From contig OZ059897.1 of assembly GCA_964057225.1 (NCBI GenBank), positions 6,696,001 to 6,760,000 of the forward strand: a DNA stretch of 64,000 nucleotides, read 5' to 3'. Positions 13,801-24,184 of the stretch are shown here, in pieces; position 1 is the first letter of the stretch, and each line of letters begins with the position of its first letter. The position numbers and the translations under genes are program-made. The notes beneath the pieces are model-generated. The model was given only the letters and a program-made list of their open reading frames with translations. It did no database searches and was not told the origin of the DNA. This stretch comes from Auanema rhodensis. Its lineage: Eukaryota > Animalia > Nematoda.

Positions 13801-16800
13801 AGAACACCCAACTCTATACACAGAGTAAGAGATGATGAACAACTCTTGAGTCTGGCGCCTTAGACCACTCGGCCATCCGTGCTTCGAACACCGTCATTTG
13901 TGATCAATAGATGATCGTACCAAGTACAGATGAGCAAGAAAAAGTTGAAGAAAACCTTAAAAGGTATGCACGGAGTGGGATTTGAACCCACGCCCTCATA
14001 CGAGGACCAGAACACCCAACTCTATACACAGAGTAAGAGATGATGAACAACTCTTGAGTCTGGCGCCTTAGACCACTCGGCCATCCGTGCTTCGAACACC
14101 GTCATTTGTGATCAATAGATGATCGTACCAAGTACAGATGAGCAAGAAAAAGTTGAAGAAAACCTTAAAAGGTATGCACGGAGTGGGATTTGAACCCACG
14201 CCCTCATACGAGGACCAGAACACCCAACTCTATACACAGAGTAAGAGATGATGAACAACTCTTGAGTCTGGCGCTTTAGACCACTCGGCCATCCGTGCTT
14301 CGAACACCGTCATTTGTGATCAATAGATGATCGTACCAAGTACAGATGAGCAAGAAAAAGTTGAAGAAAACCTTAAAAGGTATGCACGGAGTGGGATTTG
14401 AACCCACGCCCTCATACGAGGACCAGAACACCCAACTCTATACACAGAGTAAGAGATGATGAACAACTCTTGAGTCTGGCGCCTTAGACCACTCGGCCAT
14501 CCGTGCTTCGAACACCGTCATTTGTGATCAATAGATGATCGTACCAAGTACAGATGAGCAAGAAAAAGTTGAAGAAAACCTTAAAAGGTATGCACGGAGT
14601 GGGATTTGAACCCACGCCCTCATACGAGGACCAGAACACCCAACTCTTTACACAGAGTAAGAGATGATGAACAACTCTTGAGTCTGGCGCCTTAGACCAC
14701 TCGGCCATCCGTGCTTCGAACACCGTCATTTGTGATCAATAGATGATCGTACCAAGTACAGATGAGCAAGAAAAAGTTGAAGAAAACCTTAAAAGGTATG
14801 CACGGAGTGGGATTTGAACCCACGCCCTCATACGAGGACCAGAACACCCAACTCTATACACAGAGTAAGAGATGATGAACAACTCTTGAGTCTGGCGCCT
14901 TAGACCACTCGGCCATCCGTGCTTCGAACACCGTCATTTGTGATCAATAGATGATCGTACCAAGTACAGATGAGCAAGAAAAAGTTGAAGAAAACCTTAA
15001 AAGGTATGCACGGAGTGGGATTTGAACCCACGCCCTCATACGAGGACCAGAACACCCAACTCTATACACAGAGTAAGAGATGATGAACAACTCTTGAGTC
15101 TGGCCCTTAGACCACTCGGCCATCCGTGCTTCGAACACCGTCATTTGTGATCAATAGATGATCGTACCAAGTACAGATGAGCAAGAAAAAGTTGAAGAAA
15201 ACCTTAAAAGGTATGCACGGAGTGGGATTTGAACCCACGCCCTCATACGAGGACCAGAACACCCAACTCTATACACAGAGTAAGAGATGATGAACAACTC
15301 TTGAGTCTGGCGCCTTAGACCACTCGGCCATCCGTGCTTCGAACACCGTCATTTGTGATCAATAGATGATCGTACCAAGTACAGATGAGCAAGAAAAAGT
15401 TGAAGAAAACCTTAAAAGGTATGCACGGAGTGGGATTTGAACCCACGCCCTCATACGAGGACCAGAACACCCAACTCTATACACAGAGTAAGAGATGATG
15501 AACAACTCTTGAGTCTGGCGCCTTAGACCACTCGGCCATCCGTGCTTCGAACACCGTCATTTGTGATCAATAGATGATCGTACCAAGTACAGATGAGCAA
15601 GAAAAAGTTGAAGAAAACCTTAAAAGGTATGCACGGAGTGGGATTTGAACCCACGCCCTCATACGAGGACCAGAACACCCAACTCTATACACAGAGTAAG
15701 AGATGATGAACAACTCTTGAGTCTGGCGCCTTAGACCACTCGGCCATCCGTGCTTCGAACACCGTCATTTGTGATCAATAGATGATCGTACCAAGTACAG
15801 ATGAGCAAGAAAAAGTTGAATAAAACCTTAAAAGGTATGCACGGAGTGGGATTTGAACCCACGCCCTCATACGAGGACCAGAACACCCAACTCTATACAC
15901 AGAGTAAGAGATGATGAACAACTCTTGAGTCTGGCGCCTTAGACCACTCGGCCATCCGTGCTTCGAACACCGTCATTTGTGATCAATAGATGATCGTACC
16001 AAGTACAGATGAGCAAGAAAAAGTTGAAGAAAACCTTAAAAGGTATGCACGGAGTGGGATTTGAACCCACGCCCTCATACGAGGACCAGAACACCCAACT
16101 CTATACACAGAGTAAGAGATGATGAACAACTCTTGAGTCTGGCGCCTTAGACCACTCGGCCATCCGTGCTTCGAACACCGTCATTTGTGATCAATAGATG
16201 ATCGTACCAAGTACAGATGAGCAAGAAAAAGTTGAAGAAAACCTTAAAAGGTATGCACGGAGTGGGATTTGAACCCACGCCCTCATACGAGGACCAGAAC
16301 ACCCAACTCTATACACAGAGTAAGAGATGATGAACAACTCTTGAGTCTGGCGCCTTAGACCACTCGGCCATCCGTGCTTCGAACACCGTCATTTGTGATC
16401 AATAGATGATCGTACCAAGTACAGATGAGCAAGAAAAAGTTGAAGAAAACCTTAAAAGGTATGCACGGAGTGGGATTTGAACCCACGCCCTCATACGAGG
16501 ACCAGAACACCCAACTCTATACACAGAGTAAGAGATGATGAACAACTCTTGAGTCTGGCGCCTTAGACCACTCGGCCATCCGTGCTTCGAACACCGTCAT
16601 TTGTGATCAATAGATGATCGTACCAAGTACAGATGAGCAAGAAAAAGTTGAAGAAAACCTTAAAAGGTATGCACGGAGTGGGATTTGAACCCACGCCCTC
16701 ATACGAGGACCAGAACACCCAACTCTATACACAGAGTAAGAGATGATGAACAACTCTTGAGTCTGGCCCTTAGACCACTCGGCCATCCGTGCTTCGAACA

Positions 16801-17206
16801 CCGTCATTTGTGATCAATAGATGATCGTACCAAGTACAGATGAGCAAGAAAAAGTTGAAGAAAACCTTAAAAGGTATGCACGGAGTGGGATTTGAACCCA
16901 CGCCCTCATACGAGGACCAGAACACCCAACTCTATACACAGAGTAAGAGATGATGAACAACTCTTGAGTCTGGCCCTTAGACCACTCGGCCATCCGTGCT
17001 TCGAACACCGTCATTTGTGATCAATAGATGATCGTACCAAGTACAGATGAGCAAGAAAAAGTTGAAGAAAACCTTAAAAGGTATGCACGGAGTGGGATTT
17101 GAACCCACGCCCTCATACGAGGACCAGAACACCCAACTCTATACACAGAGTAAGAGATGATGAACAACTCTTGAGTCTGGCCCTTAGACCACTCGGCCAT
17201 CCGTGC
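4816..17206 (-). tRNA. Block of 60 complete tRNA-Leu(CAA) genes (right of the gap), some with damaging variants
   Basis: Copies from 4816..4939 to 17084..17206, same cloverleaf as the representative copy. Confidence 0.95.
16670..17206 (-). pseudogene. Three terminal tRNA-Leu(CAA) copies with a 1-bp D-stem deletion (probable pseudogenes)
   Basis: On +, 'tctggcgcctta' becomes 'tctggccctta', removing C25 of the D stem; units are 207 bp. The same lesion is in the copies at 12720 and 15007. Confidence 0.75.
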
Positions 17207-19494
17207 TTCGAACACCGTCATTTGTGATCAATAGATGATCGTACCAAGTACAGATGAGCAAGAAAAAGTTGAATAAAACCTTAAAAGGTATGCACGGTAT
17301 TATACTCGTAAAGGGACGCGAAAATCCAATTTTTTTCCAAATAACTAATCGCTTATAGCATCTTATCTATCGTTAAAATCTAGGAAGTTTCTTGTATATG
17401 TTTTCATTCTTCAAATAGTTTGTAACGTGCTCGCAAGATGTATCAAAATTCTTTTCATGATTTTTGCTCGTATTCGGTGAATAGTAGACAGTTATTCAAA
17501 AAAGTTTTAATTTATTTGTTCTTTTTTTGTCGTTTTGTTTTTCAATATTTACACTAAAATGTTTCAAACTTTTATGAATAAATAAGTTTGAAACATTTTT
17601 GAATTTGAATTGAACTGCTCAGAAGATAATGATGTGTTGATTTTTCTTATTTTTTTCACCTGAATTCCTGTACATGTTCATTTTGAATTAAGAAAAATTT
17701 TGAATTAAAAAATGCTTCTTATTTTTGTTATAAAAATCACAAAATTTATGAAGATTGTCAAAGAATTGTTGCATTTCGTAATTTAGCATCTCTCGCTCAA
17801 CCAACCAGTTCATCTGAAGAAGTGACCATGTAGGCAAAGCAAAGGCCGTTTCATCCATCCGATGCTGCTGTTCATTTCTCACTTCTGCCTCACTGTATAG
17901 GCTTAGGCATATGTAGTATGTCCTAGAAATTCTTTTTTCTTTCTTTCACTCCATTTTCTATTCATATTCATTATTTCATTTATTTGTTTCATTATTCATC
18001 GCTTGAGCTACTTTAGATGTCCCTTGTTCTAAATCATCTCTCATCATAACGATTAGCTTTTTTTGGCTTTTAGACCATCAACTTCAATCAGCTTTTGTTA
18101 AATTTCTATCATCATACAATGATTGTCTTTTCACTTAAATAGTCTGCATCTACTTTCTTTCATTGTTTTTGCTTCGCCTGTTTTTCTAAACCCTCAATCG
18201 GAAATCGTCAAGTAGTTTGCAATAATGGTTCTGAAGAAGCTAGATATTATTTTTTGAACTTGATAATTCATGCAAAAAAACGTCTTAATTGTTAAATTTT
18301 ATTTGAAATAACGACTTGAATTTATACATGTTGAAGAATTTTTAATTTTCTCTTTTTTTGTCATGCTAATCGTCACCTATCTAATCTAACCTACTTCTCT
18401 TTCACGGCTTCAGCTCATCTCCTTCAACGTCTTCGTACATCTTTTGTTGTTTAGCAATTTTTTTCCTCACATAGTTCATCATCTACCCGTTTTATGTTCA
18501 TTTTCTCCCAATTTCCTCACAAAATGCTCTCTGACCTCGTTTTTCCCTTCGTAGCGATTCTTAAACCTGTCAGAGAACAACTGATTCCGTTCTACTCGTT
18601 GTCCTCTTCGATTTGATTTTTAAAACCAACTTTCTCAAGAAAAAAGTGTGTTATATCCAACCTAAAAAACTTTTTCGTATCTTTGTTTGGAATATCCGAG
18701 AGCTTAAACGTTATGTATCAGCAGTTCGTTACCATGATGAGATCTTCGTCTTTATATTCATAACCATAACCTTTCATGTTTCTAGGTTTCTCTTTTTCTG
18801 ATCATTTGAATGAAATAAATGAATTTCGATTTCTTACAAAAACCACTCTTTAATCTAAATTGTCAAAGTAAATAATCCCAAGACCTATTCGGTGGGGGCA
18901 TTCTCGAACAAGTTATAATCAAGAAATTATAAACTAAAGCTTTCATGAACTGTGTGGGGGGTAATGGATTAAGAAACAACTTTCTGATCACATTTAGCGA
19001 TTTTTACATCTTATACCGATACTATCAATTGCTTTGTCTTCCAGCTGACATACCATTTTCGCATTTTCTTGTTCCATTAGCTCATCCAGTTAGGCTGAAT
19101 CAGTTATATATCTTGTCTTATCTGCACTTCCACATAGCCTTGATCTTTCATTTAAAATACATTAAAAATGATTTTGAAAAAAAAAAAGAATTAAGAAATC
19201 CATTCAGTCAATAGATTTGAAATAGGCTTATATTTTTTGACAACCAATCGCCTTTTGATACAATATGCAACAGGCCCTTCGTACCTAATTGGACTTATGT
19301 CACATTGTGACGGCATTATAGCCATCATCACCCCACAGACCTCAATTTAGTTTACGAATTGTTCTAAGTATTTGGATCGTTTAGTTTCTATTAAATCCTC
19401 TCCTTACCACTTGTCAGATTCTGCTTCTTACCTACTAATAACGTCTATGTTTCAGATATTTTTCTAAGTAACTCGCAATAATAATAAAAATAAA

Positions 19495-22123
19495 ATGCGG
19501 GACTTTGTCCCTTTCCTGGTTTTATCAACAGTTCAGTTAGTTTATACTCATATAGCTCTAACGTTTCCTGAAGTTCGATATCCTCCTTTGGATTTTCTTG
19601 ATACATCACGCACAATGGGGCCATGTGGTGTGCCAAAACCGAGAGACCGTAAGTGTAGACCAGTTTTCAATTCTAAATATCTTCTATTAGCCCATTATAC
19701 AAATTTAATTGTCGGCACAACATATAATTTCACTTGGAGAATGCAATATCCTCATCAAGTTTGTATTTAAGATTTACTTCCTATAGTAATGTGAGTTGTA
19801 GGGTGGTTATCGGTTACTTCTTCTTGATCCAACAGGTGAAATAGTTGAAAGTTTATCACCTATGAATGGTATTGAATTCACTGGAACGGAAGATGCAACG
19901 TAATACAAAACAAAATTTTCTAGTTTATTTGCTAAATTCTTTGTTCTAGTATTCAATCAGAAAGCATAAAGTTTTCTCGAGCTTGCCTTGAATGTACAGT
20001 GATTCTTGAACGTCAAGCTCTAGAATGGGGAAAGTCGTATCGCTTCCGAAGCTGTGCTGATGTCAATATACTTCAAGCAGCACCAGGTAATTCATTTCTC
20101 TTAAAACAACTTCTCTACAACAAGACTGAATTGGTCTTCTTCAGCTGAATCCGTTTGTAACGATCGAGGAACAATGGAGAATGGACAATGTCTATGTGAA
20201 AATGGTTATACGGGAGATATATGCCAATATCTAGGTAACAACAAGTGAAAATATCTAGAAAAAAAGAAAGGAAACCAGCGAAATGAACCGATTAACTCAA
20301 TTTTGACATTGAAAATGAAAGCCCACGTGTTTTTTACGTGAAATAACGTTTTGCAGCTCATTGTGAAAGGGATTCTGACTGTATGAACGGAGGAAAATGC
20401 GTGTCAGAATCAAATTCATTAATTTCCAAAACATGCTACTGTTCATATGGATATTTCGGAAAAAATTGTGACCAGAGTAAGTTGAAGACTGAAATTCTTC
20501 CATAACAAGTTTGAAAAAAAACTTTTCATTGTTAATTCCAGATTTCAATCGTCCGAATGATGCATGCTTTGCTTATGCAAATAGGGATGAAAAATCGTTT
20601 GACAAATATGAAATGTTCAATGAAAATTGCTACAACAAAGAATCTTTTAACGAAAAAGATTATATTTATTTTAGAAAAGTGAAAGTATGAAGTTTAATTT
20701 TATATTAACTTATTCTAAATTTGTTTTTAATTTTATTAGACTGATATCGAAATTATTCTGGATTTTGAATCAACATCATGGCTATCACTCGGCTGGAGAC
20801 CTGAAGGATTAGATACATCATGTCGATTATTTCCTGATTTAGAAGGTATTCTCTTTTTTCTTGTAGATAATATCGTTCCATGAAAACATTATTTCATAGA
20901 AATTTTAATCTTAATCTACCGTTTTATGAGCCTTTCTTTTTATTTTTCACCAAAAGAGGAAGAAAATCCAATTGTATCCCAAATAAAAACACAAAACTTC
21001 ATTAAATTTGATTTATATTTTTCTAACTTTTTAAGGGGTTCGTTCTAAACGTTCTCAATTTGATGCTCCACCCACTGTTTTCAACAATGTAAGAAGATAT
21101 AATCTTAATTATAATTTAGAAATCAATATTTTGTTCAGGATGAAGTTCCACCCATAGTAAATAGAGAAGATGATCTACCTCCAATTAGAGTTGCTCAAGA
21201 AGGTCCACGACCTAGAATGCCAGAGAACAATGGATTACGTATGTTTCGATATTTCAGAACTATCATCTCTTCAAATCATTATAGTGAAAAGTGCATTAGA
21301 TGCTCCATTGCACGCTATGGACTGCATTGATATCGTAGTCGGAGCAGTACGTGATGGTAGACTTCGTATCAATGATATGTATTCAAGAGACAGATCAACA
21401 CCTATTGACGATTTTTGGTAAAGGATTGGCTTGTGGGGTTTTAAATTATATTTTTCGTTTTCAGGTATGAGGGAGAGATATCCTTCCTCGCTGCATATGG
21501 TATTGAAGTCGATGGTCGAACGGTTGTTATGTTCCGTAGGTGGATGCAAGGTTTCTCTTCCTATGAATCATCCTCATATCTATAGATTGAAATTATAGAG
21601 ATTGAACCAACTGATCATCCATTGGGACCGGGAAAACAATTCGTTATTTGGGCTAAAGGTCAGATGCAAGGCTCCTATAGCCATGGAGCTTCTTCTGGGC
21701 TTGATGGAAAACATAGCAATCAAGAATTTTATGTTGACGATGTTTTAAAATATCATGGAAGTATGGTTTATTGCTTCAATTTATTTTGAATTAAATAGCT
21801 GCAGATCGCAATCGCGGAGTATATCCCCTGGATTTCACAGTTCCACCGGCTAAGTATCCAAAACCAGATGATGTAGCATTTGGAGTGCATACTGCCCAAG
21901 GTTGAATTTCAGCTTTTTTTGAGAAAAACAACAGAAAGAATACGATTCAGGGCACCCAAAACAAAGACCATTAGAAATGTCTTCAACTAGAACACAAGAA
22001 GCAACAACAGAAACACCTGCATCAGTCAAGCCAAAGATAGCCGACACTAATGAGCCTGACGGAGCATCACTTTTTTCATTTACGATACTCACATTATGCA
22101 TATCATTCTATTTATACGTATAA
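19495..22123 (+). CDS. Secreted, probably GPI-anchored protein: N-terminal His-brace (LPMO-like) domain + 2 EGF-like + DOMON domain (nahoda-like); multi-exon
   Basis: Spliced translation: signal peptide MRDFVPFLVLSTVQLVYT|HIALTFPEVRYPPLDFLDTSRTMGPCG...WRMQYPHQGGY...CLECTVILERQALEWGKSYRFRSCADVNI. EGF: CNDRGTMENGQCLCENGYTGDIC and CMNGGKC...CYCSYGYFGKNC. DOMON: WLSLGW...HAMDCIDIVVG...DMYSRDRSTP...VMFRR...VIWAKG...KYHG. Ser/Thr stalk and hydrophobic tail GASLFSFTILTLCISFYLYV*. Confidence 0.88.
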
Positions 22124-22175
22124 ATAAATAATTTATTTGTTAAATAAAAATTATCTCAATAGTTTCATTTGATTA

Positions 22176-23174
22176 TTACTTTGATTTAGAAAAGTCAACA
22201 CATTTGTAAGTACATGTACAATCACATCCACATCTGCCACTCCTCTTCTTATGAATTACACGTACAGGTTCTACTCCATTTGCACATTGTTCAATTCCAC
22301 ATTGACAATCACATTCTTCACAGTCTGCTAAAATAGAATTTTATGAAGATGACGAAGAAGATAATCCATACTATCAATAGCTATCAATGGAAATGCAACA
22401 GATTCAAAGGGACAGATTTCCGTCTTCCACAGCAAATCAACCAGTGTACGATTCTGATCATATTGATGCCAACATTGAACTCCACGATATAACTAAAGTA
22501 TTTAGATGAAAAGTATCAAGTATGAAAGACATCATTCTTACTAAATCTGATACAATTGAATGTGAAAAATCCTCTTTCGCATTGTTCAATTGGTCATGAA
22601 TACATCCTGTTGCATCTATGGTAACTGATGGCGCCGTGCAACAAATTGGATCCAGACTATAGTATCATAGAGTGTACGGTATTTTTGGTTCTGTTTTATT
22701 ATCTTACACAAGAGCTTGAGTTACATTTTCTAAGAGAAAAGCGTGGAAACCACCGAGAAAAGTATCACCAGTACAGCCTGAGATTCAAAAAAAGTCATGA
22801 AAAAACATTGGAAGTCGTACAAACCTTCAAGTAATCCTGTACATTTGGGTATGTTCTGTTGATGTGAACAAGTTGTTTCTTCTGGTAAAGCTATTTGCTC
22901 ACACTCAATTGTTAAAGATCCTAATACACTATAATGCGTTTTAGCTCGACGAATACCAGAAACTCTAAAACCTTTATGACACTCCAGAGCCTGCAATTAT
23001 ATGGAAAATCAAACAAAGTTTTTCGAATAAAGTTTATGAAACTTTTTTTTCAGTTTCTTGATTATCAACTTAATGAATTATTATTCGAAAACTTACATAA
23101 TCAACGTCGGCTAAAACTACTTCTGATAATGATAGAATAAGTAAGAGAGATAAAAGACGAAACCGATGAAGCAT
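22176..23174 (-). CDS. Secreted cysteine-rich protein of unknown function; multi-exon
   Basis: Exon 1 MLHRFRLLSLLLILSLSEVVLADVDY|gtaag (signal peptide). Later exons: ALECHKGFRVSGSLTIECEQ...KCTGLLEGLYDFQCFF; LDPICCTAPSVTIDATGC; YRGVQCWHQY...EICPF; DCEECDCQCGIEQCANG...GRCGCDCTCTYKCVDFSKSK*. Confidence 0.75.
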
Positions 23175-23734
23175 GATCTAGACTGCGAACATGTAGGCTT
23201 GCAAGGCCAGACGAAGGTGAAAACGAGACCAACAGGCTATTGGAAAACGAATGAAACGGGCTGTATTGTTCATTTTAGGATCAGATGAAATTAAAGGAAG
23301 AAAGACTGTGATTACCACAGAGGATAGAGAAAGCAAATTCAATGCAGTCAAGATAACGAGAGGGATAGATTGACAGAAGACAGTATAGAGATAGAGATAG
23401 AAGAAATATATCAGAGAATCAGTGTCGAACGATGAAGAACCGTTAGTCTATTGATATGACTCAGAATAGATTGGATTCAATTGTTGGACGCGTGATAGTT
23501 ACGCGACAATCCAGTAGGAGAGGACAAGTCTTTCGGCTTGGTCATCCTTTTGTATACACAACGTTGCCGACCGTAACAACTTTATGAGACAAGAGAAACA
23601 TTTTTGGAACAAGCTTAAGAATATATTCATTGATGACTCACTATATTTAAATTGAATAAAAGATAAAAATGGTTCATTAGTGCTTATTACACAATCAAAC
23701 TTTATGTATCAGGTCTTCTGGCTATTGAAGAGCG

Positions 23735-24184
23735 TCATGAAGCTTTAAGTGCATCTGACAGAAGAACAGCAAGCTTTCGTTGTTCTTTCCTCCATCTAAT
23801 TCGGCGATTTTGAAACCAAACTTTTATCTGCAACATATTAGCATAAGAAGGGAATCTTAGAAAAACTAAAAAAATTGTTATCAAGAGTACCTGAGATATT
23901 CCAATATGCAGTTGTTCTGCTAGGCGTTCGCGATCGCTTCCCACCAAGTATTGCTGTTTTTGGAATTCAGCTTCTAGCACAGCTAGCTGCCATGCCGTGA
24001 ATGTTGTTCGATTCCGGCGTTTAAGATCATGATCGCGATCTGATGATATTGACGACATGGGAGGTTCTGTTGTAGAAGCCACAAGTACAGATGAATAAAT
24101 AGGTGATGAGACAGAAAATGGTAGACAATATACCGTCCGGGAACTTGATAATTGTCCGCAAACCGACGTATTTTCCTCTATCAT
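23735..24184 (-). CDS. Homeobox transcription factor, Vax/Noto/Emx-like (ceh-7-like); one intron at 23828-23890; the start may be the internal Met near 24058
   Basis: RRNRTTFTAWQLAVLEAEFQKQQYLVGSDRERLAEQLHIGISQ|IKVWFQNRRIRWRK; TATAAA on the minus strand near 24220. Confidence 0.9.
   Translation of the reverse strand: MIEENTSVCGQLSSSRTVYCLPFSVSSPIYSSVLVASTTEPPMSSISSDRDHDLKRRNRTTFTAWQLAVLEAEFQKQQYLVGSDRERLAEQLHIGISQVLLITIFLVFLRFPSYANMLQIKVWFQNRRIRWRKEQRKLAVLLSDALKAS

Larger units (their letters stand above)
1..17297 (-). repeat. Tandem array (satellite) of a 208-bp unit = 124-nt intron-containing tRNA-Leu(CAA) gene + 84-nt spacer; 81 complete units in the window, continuing beyond the left edge
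   Basis: The unit recurs every 208 bp. tRNA 3' ends on + fall at 201+208k up to 4569, at 4816+208k up to 12720, then 12927...15007, 15214...16670, 16877, 17084. The array stops abruptly after 'tgcacgg' at 17297. Copies differ by only isolated SNPs or a 1-bp deletion. Confidence 0.99.

Noticed and set aside
4462-17221. ORFs reported inside the array (66-145 aa)
   Set aside because: They are by-products of N runs, or of SNPs/1-bp deletions that remove stops in the tRNA repeat; no coding signature.
1-17297. CRISPR-like or SINE interpretation of the repeat
   Set aside because: The spacers are identical rather than unique, and there are no cas genes. Units are complete intron-containing tRNA genes without SINE body, tail or target-site duplications.
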